A DNA stretch of 64,000 bases from a virus (IMGVR_UViG_2541047117_000001:88841-152840), one strand, 5' to 3'. Numbered from the stretch's first letter, positions 35,213-46,040 are shown. Numbers and translations: made by a program. The notes: generated by a model from the sequence alone, not told the origin.

Positions 35213-35255
35213 GTAGGTTGTGGTTTTAATAGTGGTTCGACTCCGCTAACCTGCA
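35213..35255 (+). ncRNA. tRNA minihelix (acceptor stem plus T arm only)
   Basis: GTAGGTT/AACCTGC, AGTGG-TTCGACT-CCGCT, 11-nt linker. Confidence 0.7.
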
Positions 35256-35333
35256 CTCTTAATTAGAATTTAAATGTACGAATACATTATATAATATTAT
35301 ATACAATAACATAATATATTTTCTGTATTATAC

Positions 35334-35357
35334 GACACCGAGATAGGTGTCTTTTTT
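35334..35357 (+). terminator. Terminator closing the RNA island
   Basis: GACACC-GAGATA-GGTGTC plus T-run. Confidence 0.8.
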
Positions 35358-35423
35358 GTTGTATATAGGTCGGTAAAATTTCATTTACCGCAATGGATTA
35401 TGAGAAAAAGGGGAAATGTAGAC

Positions 35424-35627
35424 ATGGCAAAAGAGACACATACAATTAATGTAAAAGGTTTACTAGATGCTGAGAATCGCATTATCACAGAATATGATAA
35501 AAAAGGTGTTTGCCTTGGAGATGTTCATATTGATAGTGAATTAGCTAAATTTAATGGAGCTGAAATTTCGTTAACTCTAAAATTGGACAAAGTTTTAAAT
35601 GAGCCAAATGATGAGGCGGAATACTAA
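35424..35627 (+). CDS. YonK-family protein
   Basis: HTINVKGLLD...ITEYDK...FNGAEISLTLK resembles SPbeta YonK; start moved. Confidence 0.65.
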   Translation: MAKETHTINVKGLLDAENRIITEYDKKGVCLGDVHIDSELAKFNGAEISLTLKLDKVLNEPNDEAEY

Positions 35628-35628
35628 G

Positions 35629-36891
35629 ATGAGAAGCTACACGAATAGAAAGGACGAAGTAATTGAAGTATCACAGGAACACTTAGAAACAGCAGTGGAA
35701 ATCAAACTTCAATTACAAGAAATGAGTCCTAGTAGACGTGTTGTTTGGTCAAAACATCGTGAACTTATGAGACAAGAAGGATTCGACAATTCTGATGTAA
35801 GTGAGGCATATCGTTGCCTAGTTAAATCATATCAAAACAAGATTGGTAAGCTTCCAAAAGCTCAATCACATGCTGATATGGTTTCTACATCTAAATTAGA
35901 ATCTATTCGCAATATGGTTGGTGAAATATATCAAGAGAAACGTGAAAACCAACATGTTCTTCGTGATTTGAATAAGGCTAAGCGTGAGCTAGCTGACTTC
36001 CATACAATTGCAGAAGAAGTTCGAGATGCGATGTTAGATAACTGTGTTATTGAAGTTCCCGAATATGCTTACAAAGGTAAATTAGAGAGACGTGAAAACG
36101 AATTAGTAGTTTGCTTACAAGATTGGCATGTAGGAGCAGTTGTCGAGGGTGTTTATGGAAATGACTACAACTTCGAAATCGCTAAGAAGCGTTTAGAGAA
36201 GATGAAAGAAGAAGTGCTTTACTACGTTAAGACATTCAATGTCAATGACGTAACAGTAATACATAATGGTGATATCATCGAGCAAATCTCAATGAGACCT
36301 ACAAACCAACCATTTGAATGTGAGTTCAATATGGCGGAACAAATCAATAAAGCAACACGCTTAGTAATTGATTTCGTAGTATCTCTAACAGCTTACTGTA
36401 ATGTAGAGCTTGGTTTGACAAGTGGTAATCACGACAGAATGCAGTCACACAAAGACAGTGTAATCACAGGTGATAATGTGACAGCAGTTATTTATGAGAG
36501 CATTAAAACGTTTGTTGAGATGGCGAATATTCCACGATTAAGTTTAATTGATAACACGGATTACAATTATTCAATCTTGAAGAAATTCGGGAAAGATACT
36601 TACATCAAATTCGTTCATGGAGACAAAGAGAAGCAAGCTGATGCCAACAAAATCGCATCGCATGAATCTATGGATAACGTTGAGTTAACAGCTCTTGTAA
36701 TGGGACACTTCCACAGTCACAAAGTTATCGACCGTAACTTCTCTAAGAAAGAGATTTACTTTGGTAGCCTAATGGGGCGTAATGACTACGCACGAAACTT
36801 TAAAGGGATGTCTGATGCATCTCAAGGAGTTATTGTTGTACGTGGTGATGGAAAGATTATTCCAATTGAAGTAAACCTACAAATGAATTAG
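35629..36891 (+). CDS. Calcineurin-like metallophosphoesterase (SPbeta YonJ-like)
   Basis: DWH, NGD, GNHDR, HGD, GHFH motifs. Confidence 0.85.
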   Translation: MRSYTNRKDEVIEVSQEHLETAVEIKLQLQEMSPSRRVVWSKHRELMRQEGFDNSDVSEAYRCLVKSYQNKIGKLPKAQSHADMVSTSKLESIRNMVGEIYQEKRENQHVLRDLNKAKRELADFHTIAEEVRDAMLDNCVIEVPEYAYKGKLERRENELVVCLQDWHVGAVVEGVYGNDYNFEIAKKRLEKMKEEVLYYVKTFNVNDVTVIHNGDIIEQISMRPTNQPFECEFNMAEQINKATRLVIDFVVSLTAYCNVELGLTSGNHDRMQSHKDSVITGDNVTAVIYESIKTFVEMANIPRLSLIDNTDYNYSILKKFGKDTYIKFVHGDKEKQADANKIASHESMDNVELTALVMGHFHSHKVIDRNFSKKEIYFGSLMGRNDYARNFKGMSDASQGVIVVRGDGKIIPIEVNLQMN

Positions 36892-36901
36892 AAGTATTTT
36901 C

Positions 36902-36932
36902 AAGTACATGAGGTTATCTCGTGTGCTTTTTT
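36902..36932 (+). terminator. Intrinsic terminator
   Basis: AAGTACATGAG/CTCGTGTGCTT plus T-run. Confidence 0.65.
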
Positions 36933-36961
36933 AATGCTTTTAACGGAAAGGAAGATTAACT

Positions 36962-37852
36962 ATGGCGAAGGTCACAGTCAAAAAGGGGGTTAACAAACCC
37001 ACTAAAAAAGCTTGTTCTAAATGTACAAATGAGATGGCGGTGCGTAACTTCTATAAGTCACAGAGTCCGTTATTTGCAGATGGATATGTTTCTATGTGTA
37101 AAGGATGTCTGTTCTCTCTAGTAGATGAGCGAGACTTAGTAGGAAGCTTAAAATCCATCCTAATGAAGATGGATAAACCGTATTTACATGATACATGGGA
37201 ATCAACATTGGAGAGTGAACCAACTAATCCAATTGGAGTGTATATCAAGAATATTAATTCACTTCCTCAATATAGGAAGATGTCATATGAAGATAGCACA
37301 TTTGAGGATGTAGAGGTTATAACACAGGAATCTCCTAAATTAGTAATTTCAGATGACAGTATCCAAATTACAAATGAATTAAAGCTCAAATGGGGCTTAA
37401 AGTACACAGATTATGAACTGCTTGTGTTAGAGAAGTTCTATAAAGACATGGAGAAATCCTATGATATGTCTACTCCACAGCATAGACGATTATTAATTCA
37501 ATTGTCCAAGATGAATATCGAATTAGATAAATACCTTGAGCGTGGAGCTGTTACAGAGTATACGAAGATGTCTAAGACCTATGATGAAACAATGAAATCA
37601 GCAGGTTTCAGACCAGTAGACCGTAAGAGTTCAGATGAAGCAAGTGGTATCCGAACGTTCAGTCAGATTTTCGAAGAAGTAGAACGTGAAGGATTTATCG
37701 AACCTGCTCCAATTACAGAACATAAAGACTTAGCAGATGAAACGCTGTTAATTCTATTAAATTATTCAAGAACCTTATTTAGTATGGAGCAACTTACCGA
37801 ACTTCCTGCTGAGCTTGAAAAACAGCTCGATGATTTTAGGGAAGGTGATTAA
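36962..37852 (+). CDS. Probable terminase small subunit / packaging protein with N-terminal Zn finger
   Basis: CSKC...CKGC; directly upstream of TerL. Confidence 0.6.
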   Translation: MAKVTVKKGVNKPTKKACSKCTNEMAVRNFYKSQSPLFADGYVSMCKGCLFSLVDERDLVGSLKSILMKMDKPYLHDTWESTLESEPTNPIGVYIKNINSLPQYRKMSYEDSTFEDVEVITQESPKLVISDDSIQITNELKLKWGLKYTDYELLVLEKFYKDMEKSYDMSTPQHRRLLIQLSKMNIELDKYLERGAVTEYTKMSKTYDETMKSAGFRPVDRKSSDEASGIRTFSQIFEEVEREGFIEPAPITEHKDLADETLLILLNYSRTLFSMEQLTELPAELEKQLDDFREGD

Positions 37853-37855
37853 TGA

Positions 37856-39613
37856 GTGGCTTCTAAGAAGACAAATAATAAGAAATTAGGCTTTGATGCT
37901 AGGAGCATTCCTGATAATGACCCTAGTAAAAAGCAAACATCGGTAAAATCATTCAAAGAGACCTTACCCGATTGGCGTAAGTGGTGTGAATATTGGCGAA
38001 GCTATCCCGATAGATTCGTAGACCACATTAGACCTCCTAATAGCAAGGTTAAGCTTTATTTCTACCAAAGGATAATGCTTAGAATCCTATTCCGCTATCA
38101 GAAGGTTTATTTCGTTTTAACCCGTGGTTCTGCAAAATCATACACACAGATTTTAGCGATGTATCTGAAATGCGTAATGTACCCTGATACGCACTTGTTT
38201 ATCGCCGCACCAACGAAACAGCAGGCGTCAAACATTGCGAAAGAGAACATTGAGCGGATTTGGGAGCATTTACCTCTACTACAGAAGGAAGTAAAGCAAA
38301 CTATCTTCCAAAATGATTATACGAAGCTTATTTTCCATAATGGCTCATCACTAGACGTAGTACAAGTAGCACAGAGTTCTCGTGGTGGTCGTCGTAACGG
38401 TGGAGCAGTTGAGGAGATTGTCGATGATTCGATGAAGAAAGACGTCCTTAACGAAGTAGTAATTCCTATGATGGCAAATGACCGTATCGCAACATGCGGT
38501 GGTAAAGACCCGAATGAGCCACATAAATTCCAGTTCTATATTACAACGAGTGGTACAAAGCAAAGTTTCGCTTATGAAAAACTACAAGAAGTAATAGATG
38601 AAATGGTGAATCCAAGTAATTTAAATTACGGAAAATCATTCGTACTTGGTGCAGGATACAGATTAGGTTGCTTATATGGTCAGTTAGATGAAGAGTTCAT
38701 TCAGAGCTTAAAGCTACAGCCTACATTCAATCCTATGTCATTCGCACGAGAATACGAATCTATATGGACAGGTACTAGTGATAACTCACTGGTTACAATT
38801 GAAGATTTACAAAAATGTAGAACGTTAACTAAAGCAGAGTACCGCAATATGGATAGGTCAGCAGAATACATTCTGAGCTATGACGTTGCCCGTTCTGAGG
38901 GTAATGCCAATGCAACATCTGCATTATGTGTATTTAAAATAACCCCTCGTGGTGATGGTACATATATCAAGCACTTAGTAAACGTATTTAGCATGGAAGG
39001 AACGCACTTCTTGGAGCAAGCATTGTTCCTCAAGAAGAAAGTAAATGAATACAAAGCATCAATGGTAGTAGTCGATGCCAACGGTTTAGGTACTGGTTTA
39101 ATTGACCAATTAGTATTAGAGGTTGATGAAAATCCACCGTACTCAGTTGTTAACGATGAGCGTTATGACCGATTCAAACGTCAGAACAGTATTCCAATGG
39201 TGTTCGCTTTGAAATCTACAAACAAAGATACAAAGTCGAGTGACATTCACAACGTATTCATGAACTCTATTGCGAACCATGATATTAAAATTCCACACAC
39301 TGAGTCACAAGCTCGATTAGATATTCATAAGAAGAGCGATTCAGTACAGGTAGCTAAGCAATTACTACCATTCGTTATGACAGACAGATTAGCTGATGAA
39401 ATTATGAACCTTGAGTATTCACAGTCGGGTAATAACACGATTGTTAAGCAGATTTCAAAGAAAATCAACAAGGATAAATTCTCAGCGATGGAATACGGAT
39501 TATTCTACATTCACTTATTGGAACGTAAAAATAAATCGAGACAAAGAGAGACAATCACTGACATCTCGAAGATGTTTGCGTTCAAAGCACCAAAATACAA
39601 ATTGCATAGATAG
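37856..39613 (+). CDS. terL: Terminase large subunit
   Basis: TRGSAKS Walker A, VEE Walker B, YDVAR nuclease domain, KDKFSAMEYG. Confidence 0.92.
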   Translation: MASKKTNNKKLGFDARSIPDNDPSKKQTSVKSFKETLPDWRKWCEYWRSYPDRFVDHIRPPNSKVKLYFYQRIMLRILFRYQKVYFVLTRGSAKSYTQILAMYLKCVMYPDTHLFIAAPTKQQASNIAKENIERIWEHLPLLQKEVKQTIFQNDYTKLIFHNGSSLDVVQVAQSSRGGRRNGGAVEEIVDDSMKKDVLNEVVIPMMANDRIATCGGKDPNEPHKFQFYITTSGTKQSFAYEKLQEVIDEMVNPSNLNYGKSFVLGAGYRLGCLYGQLDEEFIQSLKLQPTFNPMSFAREYESIWTGTSDNSLVTIEDLQKCRTLTKAEYRNMDRSAEYILSYDVARSEGNANATSALCVFKITPRGDGTYIKHLVNVFSMEGTHFLEQALFLKKKVNEYKASMVVVDANGLGTGLIDQLVLEVDENPPYSVVNDERYDRFKRQNSIPMVFALKSTNKDTKSSDIHNVFMNSIANHDIKIPHTESQARLDIHKKSDSVQVAKQLLPFVMTDRLADEIMNLEYSQSGNNTIVKQISKKINKDKFSAMEYGLFYIHLLERKNKSRQRETITDISKMFAFKAPKYKLHR

Positions 39614-39624
39614 GAGGTGGATGT

Positions 39625-41121
39625 GTGAAAAGAAAGAGTCCTAACTTAAATGAAAAGAATCAGAGATTTAGTGCAATGGATACGACAGCTATTAACTTTG
39701 CTAAGTTGGTAGAACAATACATTGATATTAATGAGAGTTCTAGAACTAAATCACTTAATTTTACTAAGGATGATATTCGTAGGTGGATTGAAAACCCCGA
39801 CAAAAATGAAGACAAGCTAATTGAGGTATCACGTTACTTATACACGTTTAGTTCACCGTATAAGAGATTAATTGATTACTTCTCACAATTACCGCTATGG
39901 ACATACGTTGTAGAGCCATATGGTATTGATGTAGATAAGCTTGATTCGCAAAAAGAGAAGATTATGAAGAACTACAATAAAGCTCTCAGAATGCTTTCTA
40001 ATATGAATATCCGACATGAGATGGCTAAGATTGCTAAGACGTGTTTCAGAGAGGACGTATTCTATGGATACGAACATGAAATAGGCGATTCTTATTACAT
40101 TCAAAAGTTGAATCCGAAGTACTGCAAGATTATTGCTATTGAAGATGGATGTTATTCATTCGCTTTCGACTTCTCTTACTTTGATAGTAGAAAGAAAGTT
40201 ATTCGATTATATCCGAATGAGTTCCGTGAGAAGTATGTTGCTTATACAAAAGATAAGAAGAATCTACGATGGCAAAAGTTAGATACATATCAAACGATTT
40301 GTATTAAGGCTAACGAAGATTTGGAGTTTGTTATGCCTCCATTCGCTTCTACTTTTGAAAGCGTTTACGACATTGATGTTGCTAAGAAACTTCGTGATAC
40401 GAAGGACGAACTAGGAAACTACAAAATCTTAGTACAGAAGCTTCCTATCCGAAAAGATAGTGAGTTAAACAATGACTTCGCTATTGATTACGACACAATG
40501 ATGCTGTTCCACAATCAGATTTCACAGGTTGTTCCTGAGCAGGTTGGAGTAATCACTACTCCGATGGAAGTAGATGAATTTAAGTTTGACAATGAGAAGA
40601 TGGATATCGACAAAGTTTCTAAAACAGAAACAGGATTTTGGAATACAAGTGGTGTTCCACAGACGTTATTCGGTGCAGATAAGATGACATCGGGTGCGTT
40701 AGATAAGTCGGTTAAGACGGATGAAATGATTGCATTCGCCTTCCTGAGACAAGTAGAGAGATGGATTAATAGGAAGCTCAAGAACAGAGCTAAGAATATG
40801 AAAATCACTCTATTAGATATCACTCATTACAACAAAGACGATGTATTTGATAAAGCATTGATGGGTGGACAATATGGTATGCCACTAAGAAATGTTATTG
40901 CAAGTACATTAGGACTAAATCCAAGTTCATTATTAACAATGGCATGGTTAGAGAATGAAGTTCTAAATCTTGATGAAAAACTTGTTCCATTAATTAGTAG
41001 CCATACTCAATCTGCAAATGATGCCTCAGATAAAGGTGGACGACCTGAGAAAGAAGGTAGTGACCTAACTGAGTCAGCAGAGAAGAGTAAAGAGCGAGAA
41101 GCGAACGAGTTCAAGAAATAA
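39625..41121 (+). CDS. Portal protein (SPbeta YonE-like)
   Basis: Position, size, C-terminal GGRP motif. Confidence 0.85.
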   Translation: MKRKSPNLNEKNQRFSAMDTTAINFAKLVEQYIDINESSRTKSLNFTKDDIRRWIENPDKNEDKLIEVSRYLYTFSSPYKRLIDYFSQLPLWTYVVEPYGIDVDKLDSQKEKIMKNYNKALRMLSNMNIRHEMAKIAKTCFREDVFYGYEHEIGDSYYIQKLNPKYCKIIAIEDGCYSFAFDFSYFDSRKKVIRLYPNEFREKYVAYTKDKKNLRWQKLDTYQTICIKANEDLEFVMPPFASTFESVYDIDVAKKLRDTKDELGNYKILVQKLPIRKDSELNNDFAIDYDTMMLFHNQISQVVPEQVGVITTPMEVDEFKFDNEKMDIDKVSKTETGFWNTSGVPQTLFGADKMTSGALDKSVKTDEMIAFAFLRQVERWINRKLKNRAKNMKITLLDITHYNKDDVFDKALMGGQYGMPLRNVIASTLGLNPSSLLTMAWLENEVLNLDEKLVPLISSHTQSANDASDKGGRPEKEGSDLTESAEKSKEREANEFKK

Positions 41122-41134
41122 AAGGAGTGATTTT

Positions 41135-41554
41135 TTGATTCAACACTTTAACGATAGGATTGAAATCAAAAATATTAAGAGTGTCCATAAAGAAGGAAAC
41201 AACATCATCATTTCTTTGAAGGTTGATATTAATATAGCAGACTATATCAAAGATGCGTTAATTAAAGCTTTAGAAGATGCCTCAAAGAATAAACAATTAA
41301 TTCAAGTTTACGAACACATGAGACAAATTGGTAAAACAACTGCTCTCATAGAGTTTGCAAAGAAACATGACTATTATGTAGTGACTCACAATGCAACTAT
41401 AGCTAGAGAGCTATCATTGAAATTTAATTATGCTAAAGTCACTTGTAGTTCAATGAATCTAAGAGGAATTAAAGGTGTTGTTGTCGATGAGAATGTCGAT
41501 GCAAGCAGATTACATGACATGGGTATCAATGTAGTTACTGGATTTAAAAATTAG
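41135..41554 (+). CDS. Hypothetical protein with a P-loop-like RQIGKTT
   Basis: TTG start after AAAGGAGTGA. Confidence 0.65.
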   Translation: MIQHFNDRIEIKNIKSVHKEGNNIIISLKVDINIADYIKDALIKALEDASKNKQLIQVYEHMRQIGKTTALIEFAKKHDYYVVTHNATIARELSLKFNYAKVTCSSMNLRGIKGVVVDENVDASRLHDMGINVVTGFKN

Positions 41555-41598
41555 ATAAAATTCATATTTTACTCAATCACTTGAAAGGAGGTGAATGG

Positions 41599-42978
41599 AT
41601 GACAAAGACGATTAAACGCATGGAATTTAACGCAAAATTCTACGAGGTTGAGGAAGTCAACCCACAGTTCTCTAGAGCGAAATGTCGTGTAATGTACACG
41701 GGTGATAATTTTAACAAAACTATTATCAATAAAGATGCTGTAGAGAAAGCACTACCTTCCATTTATAACATTCCTGTAGTTGGTGAGTTCTCCACTGAGA
41801 AAGAAGATTTCAAAGGTCATGGAGGAAAAATCGAAATTACAGAAGATGATTACAGAATGGTTCAGACGACTGTTCCTTATGGTGTTGTTCCTGAGTCAGC
41901 GAAAGTTTACTGGGAAGAAGTAGAGGAAAAGAACGGTAAGAAGAACGATTACTTATGTATCGAAGGTATTTACCTATGGACGGGACGTTATCCCGAAGCG
42001 AAGAAAGTAGTAGACGAAGGAAAAGGTCAATCAATGGAGATTGATATTAAAGATGGAAACTATGTATCTGAAAAAGATATGTATGACATCACTAATTTCA
42101 ACTTCCAAGCATTATGCATCCTTGGTGATGATGTTCGACCGTGCTTCGAATCTGCTGATATTAAAGCTTACAGCCTAGACCGAGATAGATTTAAGGATGA
42201 GCTTGCTGAAATGTTAGGCGAGTTAAAGTTCTCATTGAAACCTGAGTCTGAGGAAACGGAGGTGTCAGAAGTGAAGTGTGAGAAATGCACTCAAGAAGAA
42301 TGCATTTGCGAAACTGTTGAGGAAACGGTTGTTGAGGAAGTAGCTACAGAAGAAGTTACTGAGGAAACTGTTGAGACAGAAGAAGTCGTAGAAGAAACTC
42401 AAGAAGTTCAAGAAGAAGTTCAAGAAGAAGTTCAAGAAGTTGAAACTGAGGAAACTCAAGAAGTTGAAGTAGAAGAGGAAGTAGTTGAAGAAACACAAGA
42501 AGAAGCTACTACTGAAATTACTGAAACTGTAGAAGAGGAAACTACAGAGGAAGTTGTTGAGGAAGTTCAAGAAGTAGATTATCAAGCTCTTTATACAGAA
42601 GCACGAGCTGAGTTAGAGAGGGTTCAAACAGAACGTGATAGCTTACTAACTTCTAATACTGAGTTAGAGACTTTCAAAGCAAATGTATTGAGAGAAAAGC
42701 ACGAAACTAGTGTTAAAGAACTAATCAAAAATGAAGAGTTCACTAGTTTAGAGCAAGGTGATATTCAAGACTTAATTGATAGTGTTCATGAGTATTCTCT
42801 AGAGCAAATTCAATCTAAGCTGTATGAGCGAGTTGGTAAGAAATTAGCCAAGTTCTCATTACAAAATAAAACTCGTAAAGATAAGTCGATTGTGACTTTA
42901 GAGTTTAGCAAAGAAGAAGATGCTAACGAATCAAAATCTGCTTATGGTGGATTGTTCGATAAGCATTTAACTAAATAA
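41599..42978 (+). CDS. Prohead protease/scaffold (YonD-like) with Glu-rich linker
   Basis: N-terminal protease-like domain, E/V/T-rich tract, coiled coil. Confidence 0.8.
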   Translation: MTKTIKRMEFNAKFYEVEEVNPQFSRAKCRVMYTGDNFNKTIINKDAVEKALPSIYNIPVVGEFSTEKEDFKGHGGKIEITEDDYRMVQTTVPYGVVPESAKVYWEEVEEKNGKKNDYLCIEGIYLWTGRYPEAKKVVDEGKGQSMEIDIKDGNYVSEKDMYDITNFNFQALCILGDDVRPCFESADIKAYSLDRDRFKDELAEMLGELKFSLKPESEETEVSEVKCEKCTQEECICETVEETVVEEVATEEVTEETVETEEVVEETQEVQEEVQEEVQEVETEETQEVEVEEEVVEETQEEATTEITETVEEETTEEVVEEVQEVDYQALYTEARAELERVQTERDSLLTSNTELETFKANVLREKHETSVKELIKNEEFTSLEQGDIQDLIDSVHEYSLEQIQSKLYERVGKKLAKFSLQNKTRKDKSIVTLEFSKEEDANESKSAYGGLFDKHLTK

Positions 42979-43022
42979 TTACAAATGTAATAAATAATGA
43001 AAATAATAGGAGGAAAAATTAC

Positions 43023-43511
43023 ATGGCAATTGTAAGAAAAGATAAGGTACTTAGTGGTTACAACGGTAACTTAGAATCTGTTGTTCACACTAAAGAAATG
43101 ACAAATGGTTTATTCACAGTAGTAGGAAAGAAAGTTGCTGACAGCCGTGAGGTACATGAAGTTGTAGTTCCAACTGCTGAAAATATCGCAACAGAGGAAG
43201 TTCTATTAATCCACGCACCTGAGGTGATGTACGACGAGCGTAAATATCGTCTACGTGATTTCCGTATCCCTGCAAATCAACTTGCACGAGCTTACCGCAT
43301 GTCTAAAGGTGATGTAATCACATTAACTAAAGACTTATTCGTTGGTGCTGTTAAAGTAGGCGACGAAGTAATCCCTGCTGTAGATGGTTCTATGAAGTTA
43401 ACAAAAGCAGGTAAAGATGCTAAGTCAACTCTAGTATTTGAAGTAATCGAAGAAGATAGCTTAGATGTAATCGACGGAGAAGCTTTAGTACTAAAAGTAA
43501 AACGTGCTTAA
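43023..43511 (+). CDS. Capsid decoration/stabilisation protein
   Basis: Position between scaffold and major capsid protein. Confidence 0.65.
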   Translation: MAIVRKDKVLSGYNGNLESVVHTKEMTNGLFTVVGKKVADSREVHEVVVPTAENIATEEVLLIHAPEVMYDERKYRLRDFRIPANQLARAYRMSKGDVITLTKDLFVGAVKVGDEVIPAVDGSMKLTKAGKDAKSTLVFEVIEEDSLDVIDGEALVLKVKRA

Positions 43512-43571
43512 TCACTAGCACGTCAAGTGTAAAAAATAATGGAAATTAATTATTAGGAGGAAAAATTAATA

Positions 43572-44552
43572 ATGAACGCAATTGTAAAATTAGGTATTGA
43601 TTTATACCACAACCGTGTGTCTAACTACACGGCAACAGAAGCACAAGAAGTATTACGAAAGGAAATGCTTGAGAAAATCGGGTGTGAAGATGGCAAATTT
43701 AGCTATAAGAAATTCCGTAAAAACAAGAATGACCTTTTCGAATTAATCGAAGAAACTTTAGAAGTACTAGTAAGTGAAGGATTAGAAGAACAGTTCTCAG
43801 GTTTCGCTGAAATCCGTAACTTAAAAATGGGAGATACTAACGTATTCAAAGTACCTTCTAACCACATGTTCAAAATTAGTACAACTGCTGACGGTCACGG
43901 CAACCACAGACGTCAACGCTTAATCGACGACAGCGAGTTCACAGTTACACCAGTAACTTACCAAGTTAAAGTGTACGAAGAACTTCACCGTTTCTTAGCA
44001 GGACGTGTAGATTGGAGCGAATTAGTAAACGCAATCTCTAAATCATTCGTAGTTAAATTACGTAACGATGTTTATGAAGCAGTTTACAATTCTTACGACC
44101 AATTAAAAGCACCTTACCAACGTAGCGGTAACTTTGAGTTAGATACATTAACAGACATCGTTTCTCACGTTGAAACTGCTACTGACTCTGAAGCTATCGT
44201 TTTAGGTACTAAGAAAGCATTAAGTAAAATTGCTCCTGCTTTACTATCTGACCGCATGAAAGATGAGTTCAACGCAACTGGCTTCTTCGGTCGTATCGCA
44301 GGTATCGAATTACGTGAAATTCCACAATCTCACAAAATCGGTACTCACGAATTTGCGATTGACGATAACTTCTTAATGGTTGTTCCAACAAGCATTGACA
44401 AGTTCGTTAAAATCGTTAACGAAGGTGAAGCAATCATCATGGAAACAGAAGCAGGTAAAAATGCTGACCAAACTGCTGAGTACGACTTCATCATGAAGCA
44501 AGGTATCTCAGTAATGAGTTCTACACACTACGGTATCTACCGTCTAGCTTAA
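43572..44552 (+). CDS. Major capsid protein
   Basis: 326 aa, strongly biased codons, position. Confidence 0.85.
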   Translation: MNAIVKLGIDLYHNRVSNYTATEAQEVLRKEMLEKIGCEDGKFSYKKFRKNKNDLFELIEETLEVLVSEGLEEQFSGFAEIRNLKMGDTNVFKVPSNHMFKISTTADGHGNHRRQRLIDDSEFTVTPVTYQVKVYEELHRFLAGRVDWSELVNAISKSFVVKLRNDVYEAVYNSYDQLKAPYQRSGNFELDTLTDIVSHVETATDSEAIVLGTKKALSKIAPALLSDRMKDEFNATGFFGRIAGIELREIPQSHKIGTHEFAIDDNFLMVVPTSIDKFVKIVNEGEAIIMETEAGKNADQTAEYDFIMKQGISVMSSTHYGIYRLA

Positions 44553-44569
44553 TCTTAAAGATTGGCACG

Positions 44570-44605
44570 CTACGCTCAGCTAATAGTTGGGCGTAGTTTT
44601 ATTTT
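44570..44605 (+). terminator. Terminator after the major capsid gene
   Basis: CTACGCTCAGC/GTTGGGCGTAG plus T-run. Confidence 0.75.
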
Positions 44606-44637
44606 ACAGACTTATGAGGCAAAAGGGGAAAGGAATT

Positions 44638-45282
44638 ATGAAAGAACTTACAGAGTTAAAAACTATGAAAAAAGCTGAACTCGTACAGTTTATGGTTGAT
44701 GAGTTTGGTTATGAAGAATCAGATGTTAAATCTCTCACAATACCAAAATTAATTAAGGCTATCCAAGAATCACAAACAGAGATGGCAGAAATCGAAAGAG
44801 ATATTAAGAGAGGTTCAGCTCCGAAGATGCGACAGATTGACCGTGAGCGCATGATTACTATCATGAATGGAACTATGGGACATGTTGAGTATACATCTTC
44901 TAAAACTGGTGAGACTTGGGCATTCACTGATTATGGACAAACCAATGAGATGAGTGTCGGAGAATTAATCACAGTTAAGAACCAATTCCCACGATATTTA
45001 CGAGATAACTGGTTCATTATGTTAGACGATGAAGTTGTTAACTACTTAGGATATTCAGAGCTGTACAAGCGTGTTTTAAATGAAAAGCAATTAGAAGAGT
45101 TCTTCGAACTAGATGTTGAAGAAATGGTTGCGATTATGAAGAAAGCTCCACTTGGTATGGCGCAATTAATCGCAGGTATGTCAACAAGAAAGTTTGAAAG
45201 CGGTGAATTAAAGGATATCTATAAGATTAAAGCGATTCAAGACACTTTAGGTATCACGATTGACATCGACACAATTCAGTAA
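44638..45282 (+). CDS. Conserved virion-module protein (YonA-like)
   Basis: Start moved to MKELT after AAAGGA. Confidence 0.7.
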   Translation: MKELTELKTMKKAELVQFMVDEFGYEESDVKSLTIPKLIKAIQESQTEMAEIERDIKRGSAPKMRQIDRERMITIMNGTMGHVEYTSSKTGETWAFTDYGQTNEMSVGELITVKNQFPRYLRDNWFIMLDDEVVNYLGYSELYKRVLNEKQLEEFFELDVEEMVAIMKKAPLGMAQLIAGMSTRKFESGELKDIYKIKAIQDTLGITIDIDTIQ

Positions 45283-45295
45283 GGGGTGAACACAT

Positions 45296-45715
45296 ATGGC
45301 AACCCCATTCTCAGAGATTTACAAACTATTTTTAGGTAAAATTGATAGCTATGATTTTGCGAAGCTGACAAAAGAGGAATTAGAGGAAGATTTAAAAGAT
45401 TACTTAGATTTAGCGATTAGCAATTTTATAGTATGCACAAAAGACTTAGAAGACATGACCGATGAAGGATTCAATGAGAAGTTAACGATGAAAGAAAAAG
45501 ATATCTTGGCAACGTTGATGGTACTCGAATTTCTAAAGCCAAAAATGGCTACAGATGAGCTTATCATCCAAGCCTTGACCGATAAGGACATCCGAATGAC
45601 TTCACAGGCGAATCACTTAAAGCTAGTTATGGAATTATCTAAGCAAATTGAAAGACGTGTGCAGACTGCTATGAACAGTTACGCTATCAGAAATACGGAG
45701 GACAAGGCGAAATGA
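45296..45715 (+). CDS. Head-tail adaptor
   Basis: MATPFSEIY...FL start; position. Confidence 0.7.
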   Translation: MATPFSEIYKLFLGKIDSYDFAKLTKEELEEDLKDYLDLAISNFIVCTKDLEDMTDEGFNEKLTMKEKDILATLMVLEFLKPKMATDELIIQALTDKDIRMTSQANHLKLVMELSKQIERRVQTAMNSYAIRNTEDKAK

Positions 45716-46038
45716 TTGATGTTAAAGACCCAGTATTCATCTCGTATTGCGAATCGTTGATTGATAAGACTTATAAAATACTCCCTCTATATGAAGAGAA
45801 AAATGTCGGATTAGCATCTAACATCGAATCACTAGTTATTGAGGTATTTGGTTTACATCGTGTGATTGATAAACTTCGCTTGAGTGCAGAGTACGTTACG
45901 TTAGTTTCTACTTTAAAAGCTCTAGAGATTTATATCAAAGAGGATGTTATTTCTCACCGTGAAATCAAACGTGAAGTATTCAAATGTATTGGTCTTATTA
46001 AGAAAATACGTGAAGTCGCTATGCAAAGCGGTGAGTAA
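45712..46038 (+). CDS. Hypothetical virion-module protein
   Basis: ORF track. Confidence 0.7.
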   Translation: MIDVKDPVFISYCESLIDKTYKILPLYEEKNVGLASNIESLVIEVFGLHRVIDKLRLSAEYVTLVSTLKALEIYIKEDVISHREIKREVFKCIGLIKKIREVAMQSGE

Positions 46039-46040
46039 AA

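Noticed and set aside
42241-42600. GAAGAAGTTCAA-type repeats and the antisense Phe/Leu-rich ORF 42265..42585
   Set aside because: Explained by the Glu-rich linker of the scaffold protein
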